15,729 bases of DNA from an uncultured Polyangiaceae bacterium (GCA_964437785.1 CAYTJL010000046.1:16610-32338), one strand, 5' to 3'. Positions 1-10,430 are shown, counted from the stretch's first letter. A program made the numbers and translations. The notes: a model not told the origin generated them from the letters alone.

Positions 1-60
1 CGCGCTGAGGAGCGATCCGCGCGCGCTGAGGAGCGATCCGCGCGCGCCGAGGAGCTCGCG
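1..60. repeat. 21-bp tandem repeat (2 full copies plus a diverged partial copy)
   Basis: CGCGCTGAGGAGCGATCCGCG occurs at 1-21 and 22-42, then CGCGCCGAGGAGCTCGCG at 43-60. The period of 7 codons is in frame with the partial CDS and gives RAEERSA heptads. Confidence 0.85.
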
Positions 61-168
61 ACCATCGCGCTTCAAACGCTGTCGGCGCTGACGCGCGACC
101 TCATCGCGATCGGGCTGCGCACGAGGGCGCTCGAGAAGGCCGCGGGCATGCCCGACCCCCTCGCTTGA
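1..168 (+). CDS. 3' end of an unidentified CDS (partial; start lies left of the window)
   Basis: Frame 1 is open from position 1 to TGA at 166-168 with G/C-rich third codon positions. It translates to ...RAEERSARAEERSARAEELATIALQTLSALTRDLIAIGLRTRALEKAAGMPDPLA*. No family recognised. Confidence 0.4.
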   Translation, partial: RAEERSARAEERSARAEELATIALQTLSALTRDLIAIGLRTRALEKAAGMPDPLA

Positions 169-192
169 GACGACGAGCGGTCGCGGGCTCGA

Positions 193-1014
193 TCAGCCGC
201 GCTTCTTGATCCGCTGAAACACGTTGGGGAGGATGGTGCTCTGAAAGAGCTCGGGCGAGGTGCGTTTGACGCGCCACGCGGTGCGCCCGTCGGCGTGCGG
301 GAGCGCGTAGAGCTTGCCCCGCTCCGACGTGTCGAGCGCGAATTTGGCGACGCCGTCGGCTTGGATCGACGCGCGACCCATGAGCTTCTCGATGCGCTCG
401 ACCATGCCGGTGCCCTCTGCGTGGGACCGGCCGGAGCGCGCGATGTTGGTGCGGAAGAACGTGGGGCACAGGACCGTGATGCCGACGCCCGTGCCGCGGA
501 GCTCGCCCGCGATCGTCTCGGAGAGCGCGACCACGGCGGACTTGGTCACGTTGTACGGCGACATCTCGGGCACCGAGATGAGCCCCGCGGAGGAGGCCAC
601 GTTGAGCAGATGACCGCGGCCGCGCTCGCGCATCCCGGGGAGAAACGCGCGGCAGCCGTAGATGACGCCCCACAGGTTGATGCCCATGATCCACTCCCAG
701 TCCTGGAGAGGGATCTTCTCGAACGGGCCGCCCACCCCGACGCCCGCGTTGTTCGCGACGAAGTCGACCGCGCCGAGCACGCGCTCCGCCTCGGCCGCGA
801 GCGACTCGACCTCGCTCCATTTGGCGACGTCGCACGCGTACGCGTGCGCCTTCGCGCCGCGATCGCGGAGCAGGCGCGCGGTCTCTTCGGCCGTGTCGAG
901 GTTGATGTCCGCGACGAGCACCGATGCGCCGCGCGCCCCGAGCTCCACCGCGATCGCGCGACCAAGGCCGCTGCCCGCGCCCGTCACCACCGCGCGCGTC
1001 GGTCTACCCGGCAT
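193..1014 (-). CDS. short-chain dehydrogenase/reductase (SDR) family oxidoreductase
   Basis: 273 aa with ATG start (CAT at 1012-1014). It has the Rossmann motif [14 protein letters not shown], and catalytic S...YNVTK (YxxxK). Its start overlaps the hemL stop by 11 nt. Confidence 0.9.
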   Translation of the reverse strand: MPGRPTRAVVTGAGSGLGRAIAVELGARGASVLVADINLDTAEETARLLRDRGAKAHAYACDVAKWSEVESLAAEAERVLGAVDFVANNAGVGVGGPFEKIPLQDWEWIMGINLWGVIYGCRAFLPGMRERGRGHLLNVASSAGLISVPEMSPYNVTKSAVVALSETIAGELRGTGVGITVLCPTFFRTNIARSGRSHAEGTGMVERIEKLMGRASIQADGVAKFALDTSERGKLYALPHADGRTAWRVKRTSPELFQSTILPNVFQRIKKRG

Positions 1015-2302
1015 GACGCGGACCTCCGTCGCGGAGCGACTCGAACGCCGCGCTCACCGTGCGCGCGACGTCGTCCTCCGTGTGCGCGCCCGAGAGGAAC
1101 GCGGCCTCGAACTGCGACGGCGGCCAATACACGCCGCGCGCGAGCAACCCCGCGTGCCACGATCCAAAACGCTTCGTGTCCGCGCCCTTCGCGTCGGCCC
1201 ACGAACGCACCGGCCCGCTCGTGAAGAACAGCGTGATCATCGAGCCCACGCGCTGCACCACCGCTTGCACGCCCGCGCGCTTGGCCGCGTCGGCGAGGCC
1301 CGCTTCGAGCGAGGCGCCGAGCCGTTCGAGCTTCTCGTAGAGCGCGGCGTCGAGCCGCTCGATCGTCGCGAGGCCCGCGGCCACGGCGACGGGGTTGCCG
1401 CTCAACGTGCCCGCTTGATACACGGGGCCGAGCGGCGCGATCACATCCATGATCGGCGCGCGCCCGCCGTACGCCGCGAGCGGCATGCCGCCGCCGATGA
1501 TCTTGCCGAGCGTGGTCATGTCCGGCACGACGCCGTAGCGCTCCTGCGCGCCGCCGCGCGCGAGGCGGCAGCCCGTCATGACCTCGTCGAAGATCGAGAG
1601 CGCGCCGTGCTCTTTGCAGACGCTCACGATCGCCTGCAAAAAGCCCTCGGCCGGCGGCACGCAGCCCATGTTGCCGACGACGGGCTCGGTGATCACCGCG
1701 GCGATCTCGCCGCCGCGCGCGGCGAAGAGCGCGCGGAGCGCGGCCTCGTCGTTGAACGGCAGCGTGAGCGTGGTGCGCGCGATGCCCTCGGGCACGCCGC
1801 CCGAATCGGGCTCACCGAACGTGGCGAGCCCCGAGCCCGCTTTGACGAGCAGGTGATCGGCGTGGCCGTGATAACAGCCCTCGAACTTGACGATGAGATC
1901 GCGCTTGGTGAAGCCGCGCGCGGCGCGGATCGCGCTCATCGTGGCTTCGGTCCCGCTCGACACGCACCGCACTTTGTCGAGGTGCGGATACATCGATCGA
2001 ATGGCCTCGGCGAAGCGCACCTCGCCCGCCGTGGGAGCGCCGAACGAGAGCCCTCCTTCGGCGGCCTTTTGCACCGCGCGAACGACGTCGGGGTGCGCGT
2101 GGCCCAAGATCGCAGGCCCCCACGAGCCCACGTAATCGATGTACGCGGCGCCGTCCTCGCCGTAGACGCGCGCGCCCTGCGCTCGCTGGATGAACACGGG
2201 CTCGCCGCCCACGGCGCGGAACGCGCGCACGGGGCTGTTGACGCCGCCGGGGATGAGCGCGCGCGCGCGCTCGAAGAGACCTTTGGAGATGGGATCGGAC
2301 AT
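1004..2302 (-). CDS. hemL: glutamate-1-semialdehyde 2,1-aminomutase
   Basis: The product begins [33 protein letters not shown]... and contains the class III aminotransferase core with PLP lysine context [13 protein letters not shown] trimmed the track ORF (start 2404) to the internal ATG at 2300-2302, where similarity to HemL begins. Confidence 0.93.
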   Translation of the reverse strand: MSDPISKGLFERARALIPGGVNSPVRAFRAVGGEPVFIQRAQGARVYGEDGAAYIDYVGSWGPAILGHAHPDVVRAVQKAAEGGLSFGAPTAGEVRFAEAIRSMYPHLDKVRCVSSGTEATMSAIRAARGFTKRDLIVKFEGCYHGHADHLLVKAGSGLATFGEPDSGGVPEGIARTTLTLPFNDEAALRALFAARGGEIAAVITEPVVGNMGCVPPAEGFLQAIVSVCKEHGALSIFDEVMTGCRLARGGAQERYGVVPDMTTLGKIIGGGMPLAAYGGRAPIMDVIAPLGPVYQAGTLSGNPVAVAAGLATIERLDAALYEKLERLGASLEAGLADAAKRAGVQAVVQRVGSMITLFFTSGPVRSWADAKGADTKRFGSWHAGLLARGVYWPPSQFEAAFLSGAHTEDDVARTVSAAFESLRDGGPRHAG

Positions 2303-2351
2303 CGCTCGACGGACCCTTTCCGCGCGGAATAGCCTTATTTTTGAGGAGATC

Positions 2352-3002
2352 TCAGTCGGGTCGCTCGATGGGCAGGCCCTCGGCCTCCCACGCGAGAAAA
2401 CCACCTTCGAGGAAGCCTACGGGGATGCCGCTGTCCGCGAGCTTCTGGGCGAGGTCTTTGGTCTTGTCGCCCGAGCGGCAGTACACGACGGGCGCGCCCG
2501 GCAACATGTGGAGCTCGGCCAAACGGTTCTCGATCTCGTCGATGGGCATGTTGACCGCGCTCGGGATGCGCGCGCGGCCAAACGTCGGAGCCTCGCGCGT
2601 GTCGACGGGGACGGCTTGGCCCTCACGGATGAGCTGCGCCAGCTCCATCGCACGGATCGCGCCCTCGGCGCGCGGGAGGAAGGGCTCGACGAGCTCGCGG
2701 AGCTGGTTGCGCCGCAGCACGCCTTGATCGGCGGCGACCGGCCGGCCCTTGAAGAACACCATGAACATGGGCACGGCTTGCACGCGCAGCATGGTGGCGA
2801 TGCGCTTGCTTCGATCGATGTCGATCTTGACCACCTTCGCTTTGCCTTCGAGCTCACGCGCGACCGCGTCGACCTCGGGAGCGACGGTTTTGCAGGGAGC
2901 GCACCAATCGGCGGTAAAGTCGATGAGGACAGGGAGCTCGCTCTTGATGACCTCGCGCTCGAAGGTCTGCTCCGTGACGAACGGGATGGGAGAGCCGGGC
3001 AT
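2352..3002 (-). CDS. thioredoxin domain fused to a C-terminal rhodanese-like domain
   Basis: 216 aa starting at the ATG (CAT 3000-3002), [18 protein letters not shown].... It has the Trx active site WCAPCK and a C-terminal rhodanese loop [10 protein letters not shown]. The track ORF extension to 3368 is Arg/Ala-rich and overlaps the methyltransferase gene, so I rejected it. Confidence 0.85.
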   Translation of the reverse strand: MPGSPIPFVTEQTFEREVIKSELPVLIDFTADWCAPCKTVAPEVDAVARELEGKAKVVKIDIDRSKRIATMLRVQAVPMFMVFFKGRPVAADQGVLRRNQLRELVEPFLPRAEGAIRAMELAQLIREGQAVPVDTREAPTFGRARIPSAVNMPIDEIENRLAELHMLPGAPVVYCRSGDKTKDLAQKLADSGIPVGFLEGGFLAWEAEGLPIERPD

Positions 3003-3019
3003 GGGGCCGACCCTTAGTG

Positions 3020-4690
<1,671 letters not shown>

Positions 4691-4691
<1 letters not shown>

Positions 4692-5389
4692 CACAGTTGA
4701 CAATCCACCCATGAGACGAACGCGCTCCTGTTGATGGCCTCGGCCGAGCACCGCTTTTTGTCGCGCGAGGTGTTCCACTCGCAATACTCTTTGCCGAGCT
4801 GCGCGAACTCGTTACCGAGCCACAAGAGGCCAACCTGCTTGTCGAGGTCGGGCTCCTTGAATTTGTCGGACAAGAAGAAGAGCACCGAGTTGGCGCGCTT
4901 GTGCGAGAGCGTCCGGTTGAAGTCGGCGCCGCCGGTCTTGGACGCGCGCGCCACGACGAAGAAGTACCGCGCGCCGCGCCGGTCGGTCCACAGCTCCTCG
5001 ATCATCTTCTTGGCGCCCTCGTCGAGCTTCTCGGCGCCGTCGTCGAACATGATGACCGCCCCGCGCGACTTGAGCGGCGTAAAGAGCGCGTTGAAGTCAT
5101 CATCGCTGATCTGCGCGAGCGACTTCACGTCGGCCGGCTGGCACCCCCGCCGCTCCTGCCCGCCCACGAGCCCACAGGCGTGCAGCACCTTCTCGAGCAC
5201 CGTCTTGAACTGCGGTGTGCAATAAGGCGCCTCCGCGTCGTTGGCGATGGCCGCTTTGGGCTTCTTGTCCTCGGTCACGCCCGTGCGGAGGCGCACCGCC
5301 GCGTCGCTCACCTCGGCCTTGACCACCAGCGTGCTCGCCGCGATGAGCACGCACCCAATCGTAAGACCGATGACCCCAGCGCCCTTCAT
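4691..5389 (-). CDS. membrane-anchored Cys-rich protein with OmpA_C-like domain
   Basis: 232 aa with an N-terminal TM helix (GVIGLTIGCVLIAASTLVV). FVVARASKTGGADFNRTLSHKRANSVLFFL resembles the OmpA/MotB peptidoglycan-binding signature (N..LS..RA..V..L). It has eight Cys and a GAGGTG Shine-Dalgarno sequence upstream of the ATG. Confidence 0.6.
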
Positions 5390-5393
5390 GATG

Positions 5394-6671
5394 TCACCTC
5401 GCGACCAGCGCAGGGGCGAGCCTGCGCATCGTGTAGGAGAGGCCCATGTCCGTGTCTTCGTCGCAGAGCTTCGTGTCGCCGATGAAGACCTGCGGCGTCG
5501 AGACCGGCAGTTGATTGGCGATGATGAAGCGCAGCATCCTATGGAGACGTTGCGTCGTGTCTTTGCTGTCGATGCAGGTGTCGAGCCCGGGCCACGCCGC
5601 CGCGATCATCGCGCGCACGTTGGGGATGCCGCCGCCCGCCTTGGCCGCGGCCAAGATGTCGTCTTGGTTGTCATAGGCCCACTCCAAGACGCGCATGGCG
5701 CGGTGCTCGCTGCACAAGATGGCTTTGGTCACCGCGCACGAGCCCGGGTGAAGGGGCCTATCCAGCATCCAATTGCAGTCGCTGTCGAGCGGGAAGAGCA
5801 CCAGCGTCATGTCGAGTTGATCCAAAAAGCCCTCCGCGCTGAGCCTTTTGTGGAGCGCTTTGCACGTCGGGCAGAGCGGATCGACGAACAACGTGGCCGG
5901 CTGCTTGGCGCCCGGAGGCGTGAAGTGGAGCAGCGTGCTCGGCGGCTCGGCCGGCTTCGGGAGCTTGCCGCACGCGGTGATCACCGTGGTGTAGCTGGGC
6001 AGCGCGCTCACGTAGAGACCCGCCGGCGTCACCGACGCGACCGCGAGCGCGACCGCCCACGCGGCGACCTGCCAGAGCTGCCCATCGGGCCGGAGCCCGG
6101 GCGGCAGGACCTCGTCGAACGACGTCTTGGCCGCGTCGGGGATGGGCCCGGGATCGCGCCGATCGCGCTCGGCGCGCGCGTCGACCACGACGCCGATCCA
6201 CCCGAAGATCGCGAGCGACGCCGACGCGATGTAGATGCCCGTGCACGTCTTGCAGAACTGGCCGAGCTTGGTCGCCGAGATAAAGGCCATGAGGCCCGAC
6301 ACGAGGAGCGGGCTCGTCGCCATGATCGCGAAGAAGCGCGGCGCACGCCGCGGCGCGCGCGTCCCTGCGAGCGAGAGGTAGAGCGCGAACGCGGCGAAGA
6401 ACGAGAAGGCCCCGAGCGCGAAGAGCGAGATGGGGACGCCGCCCCAATACCGATCGCGGAAGAGCGCGGCGTACGGGCTGTACATCGCCGCGCGGCACGC
6501 GTTGTCTTTGGAGGCCGGGGCGGCGCCGGGGATGTACGAGCAGTGGACGTCGTGCATCTGCCGATCGAGGTGGCGCGCATAGTCGTTCGAGGACAAAGCC
6601 GCGAAGAAGAGGCCGAACAGGCACGCCACGAACGCGAGCACAAAGGGCCAGCGCTGCCCTACTGCTTTCAT
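5394..6671 (-). CDS. vitamin K epoxide reductase (VKOR)-family membrane protein fused to a DsbA-like thioredoxin domain
   Basis: The N-terminal half has multiple TM helices, loop cysteines (HCSY...NAC) and an in-membrane CKTC motif typical of bacterial VKOR homologues. The C-terminal half has CPTC in a DsbA-like context (LFVDPLCPTCKALH). I chose the ATG start (CAT 6669-6671); the track ORF start at 6707 is a TTG codon and remains possible. Confidence 0.8.
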   Translation of the reverse strand: MKAVGQRWPFVLAFVACLFGLFFAALSSNDYARHLDRQMHDVHCSYIPGAAPASKDNACRAAMYSPYAALFRDRYWGGVPISLFALGAFSFFAAFALYLSLAGTRAPRRAPRFFAIMATSPLLVSGLMAFISATKLGQFCKTCTGIYIASASLAIFGWIGVVVDARAERDRRDPGPIPDAAKTSFDEVLPPGLRPDGQLWQVAAWAVALAVASVTPAGLYVSALPSYTTVITACGKLPKPAEPPSTLLHFTPPGAKQPATLFVDPLCPTCKALHKRLSAEGFLDQLDMTLVLFPLDSDCNWMLDRPLHPGSCAVTKAILCSEHRAMRVLEWAYDNQDDILAAAKAGGGIPNVRAMIAAAWPGLDTCIDSKDTTQRLHRMLRFIIANQLPVSTPQVFIGDTKLCDEDTDMGLSYTMRRLAPALVAR

Positions 6672-6851
6672 GGCCAAGGGCTTACGCGCGTTGCCGCGGA
6701 TCGTCAAACCCGGATCGACGTCGCCATCCGCGGGCCGCGACGAGGGGGGCGCGCGCGCCGCGCGACGATCGCGGCCGTCACCCTTGAATTACCGCGCTTT
6801 CTCGCGCACGTTTGCTGACTCGTCGCGGCGCTGCTACGGCCCCGGGCCACC

Positions 6852-7376
6852 ATGCCCGTGCCCGCGTCTCTGCCGCTTCGCTTCCGCGACGACCCCGCCT
6901 TTTTGGCCGATCTGCCGTACGGACCGGACGTCCTCTTCTTCGACACGCTCCTGGAGCTCGACCGCGAAAAGAGCACGATCCGCTGCTCGATGCCGACGGA
7001 TCAGCCGATGCCGTTCACGTCGTCGCAGCGCGCGCACCCGACGCTCCACCCGAGCCACGTGGCCGGCGCGGTGATGGTCCACGCGACGGGGATGCTCGGC
7101 TTCATCCACCTTTATTACGCGCTCGACTACCGCCATCGCGACGGGTGGATCGGCTACGGCACGCACATCCACAAAGTGGTCTTCCGCAAGCTCGTGCCGC
7201 CGGGCGCGCCCATCGAGGCGCTGTGCGTCGCGACCAAACAGCGGCTCGGCAAGACGCGCCACGTGATCCGTTATTCGTTCGAATTCCGGCACGAAGGGGC
7301 CATTTGTTACGAGGGCGATCAGACCGCGATGTGGTTCAAGGTCGATGATCAAAACCCCGTCTCGCTCGGCGCTTGA
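6852..7376 (+). CDS. hotdog-fold protein (FabA/FabZ-like dehydratase or thioesterase superfamily)
   Basis: 174 aa with coding-like composition. The central HP..H..GAVMVHATGMLG segment and C-terminal beta-rich region resemble FabZ-type hotdog folds. The function call is weak. Confidence 0.45.
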   Translation: MPVPASLPLRFRDDPAFLADLPYGPDVLFFDTLLELDREKSTIRCSMPTDQPMPFTSSQRAHPTLHPSHVAGAVMVHATGMLGFIHLYYALDYRHRDGWIGYGTHIHKVVFRKLVPPGAPIEALCVATKQRLGKTRHVIRYSFEFRHEGAICYEGDQTAMWFKVDDQNPVSLGA

Positions 7377-7398
7377 GCCTCCCCTATAGACAACCATC

Positions 7399-8016
7399 AT
7401 GACAGACATCCGCGCCGGCACCATCGTCCCCTCCACACGGGATTTGCTCCAAGCCCTCTCCCGGCGGCGAAAGGCGCTCGCGCTCGTGCCGCTCCTCCTG
7501 CCCGAGCGCGCCGCGGAGGACGCGGCGCACCTCGACGCGGCCAACGCGCCTGCGTTCGCGATGGAGGCGCCGGGGCCGGCGATGGTGGCCGCTGCGCGCG
7601 CCACGCGATCGATCCCGATGTTGAGCCTCGCGTTGGCCGAAGCGGCGGACGACGCGCTCTTCGCGCGACAAAACGGCGCGGACGGCGCGTGCGCTCCGCT
7701 CGCGTCGTGGGCGGACGTCTCCGCCGCGATCAAGTCCACGCGGATGGCGCCGCTCGCGTGGGCCACGTCGATCGACGCGTGCAAACAGGCCGTCGCCGCG
7801 GGCGCCAAAGGCATCGTGATCCGGGCGGGCTCCGTCCGCGAGGCCGCGTCGATCGCCGCAGAAGCGCCGCGCGGGCCGGTGATCGTCGTGTGGGTCGACG
7901 ATCTCGACGAGGCGGGCGCGCGATCGCTCGTCGGTGTGGCCGACGCGGCGATCGCGCCGGCCTCGCTCTATGCTTCAACGAGCTTCGCGTCGCTCATCGA
8001 GGAGGTGGATCCGTGA
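7399..8016 (+). CDS. hypothetical protein, distant indole-3-glycerol-phosphate-synthase-like TIM-barrel resemblance
   Basis: 205 aa, Ala-rich, ATG at 7399. Segments such as ARQNGADG, AVAAGAKGIVIR and GVADAAIAPASLY loosely parallel IGPS strand-loop blocks, but catalytic residues are not evident. Its stop overlaps the ygfZ GTG start (GTGA at 8013-8016). Confidence 0.45.
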   Translation: MTDIRAGTIVPSTRDLLQALSRRRKALALVPLLLPERAAEDAAHLDAANAPAFAMEAPGPAMVAAARATRSIPMLSLALAEAADDALFARQNGADGACAPLASWADVSAAIKSTRMAPLAWATSIDACKQAVAAGAKGIVIRAGSVREAASIAAEAPRGPVIVVWVDDLDEAGARSLVGVADAAIAPASLYASTSFASLIEEVDP

Positions 8017-8918
8017 CAGGCTTGGTGCTTCATCCGCGGCCGGATCTCGCGGTCTTCACCGCGCGCGGCGCCGATCGCGCGCGTTGGCTCAACGGCCTCG
8101 TCACGTGTGATCTCGCGATCCGAAAGCCGGGCGAGGGGGCTTATGGCCTCTCGGTCGGCAAGACGGGGAAGATCCTCGCCGAGCTCTGGGTGCTCTTCGG
8201 CGACGACGCGCTCACCGTGGTCGTCTCCGGCGCGATCGCCGAGCGCGTGCGCGACACCTTCGATCGTCATTTGATTATGGAGGACGTCGAGCTCGGCGAG
8301 ATCGAGCCGCGCGGCGTCGTCTTCGCGCACGCGGGCGGCCCGATCGAGGCCAAGGCGCTCGTCGCGCGCGCCCGATCGCTCGGCGCCGAGGCCGCGATCG
8401 TCGATTGGACCGGGCGCGGCGATGCGGTGGTGATCGTCGCGAACGAGCCTGCCGCGGCGCTCGCGGCGACGATCGCAGGCGCGGGGGGAGCGCGCGTGAT
8501 CGACGACGCCGCGTGGGAGCCGCTCCGCCTCGCGTGGGGATTGCCCCGCTTCGGCGTCGACTTCGACGATCAATCGCTCCCTCAAGAGGCCTCGTTGGAG
8601 AAGGTGGCCGTGAGCTTCACCAAGGGGTGTTACCTCGGCCAAGAGACGGTCTTCATGGTGGAGAAGCGGGGTCACGTCAAAAAGCGCCTCATGCGCCTCA
8701 CGGTCCAAGGCGATGAGGCGCTCGACCGGAGCGCTCCTCTTACGTTGCCTTCCGGCGAAGAGGTCGGCTCCATCACGAGCGCGGCGATCGTCGACGGGTC
8801 ATGGGCCGCGCTCGGTCACGTCAAATACAAACATGCCAATCCGGGCGTAGAGCTCGTCGTCTCCGGGCGTACCGTGAACGTGGTCGGGCCGGCGGCCGAG
8901 CCTATCGCCCCGACCTGA
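8013..8918 (+). CDS. ygfZ: folate-binding YgfZ/GcvT-like protein (Fe-S cluster repair/tRNA modification associated)
   Basis: It carries the YgfZ signature KGCYLGQE (FTKGCYLGQETVFMVEKRG) and an aminomethyltransferase-like N-terminal fold. The GTG start at 8013 is in frame with the track ORF 7689..8918, whose upstream part overlaps the preceding gene. Confidence 0.8.
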   Translation: MTGLVLHPRPDLAVFTARGADRARWLNGLVTCDLAIRKPGEGAYGLSVGKTGKILAELWVLFGDDALTVVVSGAIAERVRDTFDRHLIMEDVELGEIEPRGVVFAHAGGPIEAKALVARARSLGAEAAIVDWTGRGDAVVIVANEPAAALAATIAGAGGARVIDDAAWEPLRLAWGLPRFGVDFDDQSLPQEASLEKVAVSFTKGCYLGQETVFMVEKRGHVKKRLMRLTVQGDEALDRSAPLTLPSGEEVGSITSAAIVDGSWAALGHVKYKHANPGVELVVSGRTVNVVGPAAEPIAPT

Positions 8919-9019
8919 CGCCCGACGATGGCACGATGGCACGATGGTGCCGAAGGGTGAGGGTCAAACCCACCTCCCAAAGCCCCTCAAAAAAAATGGG
9001 GCTTGAGGAAACTTTTTAC

Positions 9020-9047
9020 TTGCGCATCTCGTCTGAGGTCTTATACA
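9020..9047 (+). promoter_or_regulatory. sigma70-like promoter candidate (TTGCGC-N16-TATACA)
   Basis: TTGCGC at 9020-9025 and TATACA at 9042-9047, in the lower-GC stretch that opens the noncoding region after ygfZ. Confidence 0.25.
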
Positions 9048-9305
9048 GTCACCCAAGTCAGTCTGGGGAATCGCAATGTATCTCTGTCAACGCCAGCCCA
9101 TGCTTACCGCCACGTCGCTGAACGCGACGACGGGGCTGCTTGCGCTCGGTTGGGAGCATCGCGAATTTACCTCATTTCAACGAGGAACGCTCGTCCTCTC
9201 GGCGAATTTGGGCGGTCGTGGCTCCGTGAGCCCCAAAGCCAGCAGCATCAAGCCGGAGGATAGGCTTTAGGGCGGCGCTAGTATTCGTCTCTTCGAGACG
9301 CATGC

Positions 9306-9347
9306 GAAGGCCGCCCGGGATACCCCGAGGCGGCCTTCGGCGTTTCT
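9306..9347 (+). terminator. GC-rich hairpin with weak T-rich tail
   Basis: GAAGGCCGCC (9306-9315) pairs perfectly with GGCGGCCTTC (9329-9338) and is followed by GGCGTTTCT. More T-runs follow, including a GGCTTTTTCA x2 tandem at 9364-9383. Confidence 0.35.
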
Positions 9348-9634
9348 GGGCCTCGTTTTCCTCGGCTTTTTCAGGCTTTTTCAGTCGCTTTGCGTGACAA
9401 CGACGTTGCGCGAGCCTAGGTGTGGTGTGCCCAAAGGGGCGCCCAGCGGGCCTCTCGTCCGCATCTCTCGATACGGTATCTCCGCCGTTTAGGAGGTGAC
9501 GTGTGCCCGCTGTGATCGGATGAAGCAACAAGGGGGTTGAAGCATCGTGGGGAGGGGTGCGTCCGCGGAGCGGGCTCGCCGGAGGGGAGAGGTGCGCCCA
9601 GCGCGCGCGGCAGCAGATATCGAATCATTGTTTT

Positions 9635-9707
9635 GGACCTGTCGCTCAAAGGCCGAGCAGCCGTTTCTTACACGGCGTTCATGAGGGTTCGAGTCCCTTC
9701 AGGTCCT
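9635..9707 (+). tRNA. tRNA-Lys(CTT)
   Basis: Acceptor GGACCTG/CAGGTCC; D arm GCTC-AAAGGCC-GAGC; anticodon stem GCCGT/ACGGC with loop TTCTTAC; T arm GAGGG-TTCGAGT-CCCTT. The variable region is 6 nt and no CCA is encoded. Confidence 0.8.
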
Positions 9708-9795
9708 CCGTCCGTCAACAGGGTCTCTCCTCTTGATGGACTCTCACGAACACGAGGCCCGGGGCGCATCTCACGACGCGTCTTTGGGCCGATCT

Positions 9796-9867
9796 GAGCT
9801 CGTCACTCAACGGCCGAGTAGCCGCCTCTTAAGCGGTAGTATGAGGGTTCGAGTCCCTCCGAGCTCA
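9796..9867 (+). tRNA. tRNA-Lys(CTT)
   Basis: Acceptor GAGCTCG/CGAGCTC; D arm ACTC-AACGGCC-GAGT; anticodon stem GCCGC/GCGGT with loop CTCTTAA; T arm GAGGG-TTCGAGT-CCCTC; discriminator A; no CCA. Confidence 0.85.
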
Positions 9868-9897
9868 CCGAGCGCCTCGAACGGTCGAGGCGTGATT

Positions 9898-9969
9898 GGA
9901 CCCGTCTCTCAATGGTCGAGTCGCCGCCTTTTAAGCGGTCATATAGGGGTTCGAGTCCCCTCGGGTCCG
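9898..9969 (+). tRNA. tRNA-Lys(TTT)
   Basis: Acceptor GGACCCG/CGGGTCC; anticodon stem GCCGC/GCGGT with loop CTTTTAA; T arm AGGGG-TTCGAGT-CCCCT. The D stem TCTC/GAGT has a T:T at 10:25. Confidence 0.8.
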
Positions 9970-10005
9970 CTGGAGCACGCGCTCCTTTACATAGATGGTT
10001 TGCAC

Positions 10006-10078
10006 ATCAGGGTAGCCTAATCGGCGAGGGCAGCGGTCTCTGAAACCGCCTGTGTGGGTTCGAGCCCCACCCCTGGTA
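10006..10078 (+). tRNA. tRNA-Gln(CTG)
   Basis: Acceptor ATCAGGG/CCCTGGT (U2:G71); D arm GCCT-AATCGGCGA-GGGC; anticodon stem GCGGT/ACCGC with loop CTCTGAA; 4-nt variable region; T arm GTGGG-TTCGAGC-CCCAC. Confidence 0.8.
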
Positions 10079-10082
10079 CTAC

Positions 10083-10141
10083 GCGCGATCGAAGGCGATC
10101 GCGCCTTGGTCTCTGACAATCGATCTCATTGATTGTGATCA
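10083..10141 (+). promoter_or_regulatory. hairpin plus TGACAATCGA promoter-like junction module (copy 1)
   Basis: A 9-bp hairpin GCGCGATCG-AAGG-CGATCGCGC (10083-10104) is followed by CTGACAATCGA (10113-) and GATC..CACGATGGG. A second copy lies at 14803-14862. Confidence 0.3.
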
Positions 10142-10176
10142 CGATGGGGGTCGTCCGTCGACGACCTCTGTCATCT

Positions 10177-10248
10177 TGCGGCGTAGCCTAATGGTAGAGC
10201 ACTCGCCTGTTAAGCGAGCCCTTGGGGGTTCGAGTCCCTCCGCCGCAG
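10177..10248 (+). tRNA. tRNA-Asn(GTT)
   Basis: Acceptor TGCGGCG/CGCCGCA (U1:A72) with discriminator G; anticodon stem CTCGC/GCGAG with loop CTGTTAA; T arm GGGGG-TTCGAGT-CCCTC. The D stem GCCT/GAGC has one C:A mismatch. Confidence 0.8.
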
Positions 10249-10256
10249 CCGATCAC

Positions 10257-10328
10257 GCCCTCGAAGCTCAAGTGGCAGAGCACCTGACTCGTAAGCAGGT
10301 GGACCCGGTTCGACTCCGGGCGAGGGCT
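10257..10328 (+). tRNA. tRNA-Thr(CGT)
   Basis: Acceptor GCCCTCG/CGAGGGC; D arm GCTC-AAGTGGCA-GAGC; loop CTCGTAA; T arm CCCGG-TTCGACT-CCGGG. It has an A31:G39 mismatch and A at position 8. Confidence 0.75.
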
Positions 10329-10344
10329 CCACGTTGTTCACCTT

Positions 10345-10416
10345 GCCCCTGAAGCTCAAGAGGTGGAGCACCTGCCTTGTAATCAGGAGGACCCGGTTCG
10401 ACTCCGGGCTGGGGCT
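10345..10416 (+). tRNA. tRNA-Thr(TGT)
   Basis: Acceptor GCCCCTG/CTGGGGC (T:T at 6:67); D arm GCTC-AAGAGGTG-GAGC; loop CTTGTAA; T arm CCCGG-TTCGACT-CCGGG. It has a C31:T39 mismatch and A at position 8. Confidence 0.7.
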
Positions 10417-10430
10417 CCCTTCGCGTATTT

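Noticed and set aside
295-2332. Long + strand ORFs (309 aa at 295..1224, 556 aa at 662..2332) and other ORFs overlapping the SDR and hemL genes
   Set aside because: They lie antisense to genes with clear family signatures. Their products are Arg/Ala/Pro-rich low-complexity sequences, typical of shadow ORFs in high-GC DNA.
5241-6818. 525-aa + strand ORF, plus the 288-aa and 204-aa minus-strand out-of-frame ORFs across the VKOR-DsbA gene
   Set aside because: They are antisense to, or out of frame with, a gene that has coherent TM helices and CxxC motifs. The translations are dominated by Arg, Glu and Asp runs with no domain resemblance.
6834-8708. Minus-strand ORFs of 326 aa (6834..7814) and 246 aa (7968..8708) opposite the hotdog, TIM-like and ygfZ genes
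   Set aside because: These are shadow ORFs. The + strand genes carry recognisable motifs (KGCYLGQE) and overlapping stop/start coupling.
8925-8950. TGGCAC repeats downstream of ygfZ as a sigma54 (-24/-12) promoter, which would have paralleled RtcR-controlled rsr operons
   Set aside because: In TGGCACGATGGTGCC the GC of the putative -12 element is one nucleotide too close to the GG. The TTGC consensus is absent, and sigma54 spacing is strict.
9076-9531. Small ORFs in the leader region (64 aa at 9076..9270 +, 86 aa at 9003..9263 +, 119 aa at 9172..9531 -) as protein genes
   Set aside because: They have weak or absent ribosome-binding sites, codon usage unlike the flanking genes, mutually overlapping frames and no family resemblance.
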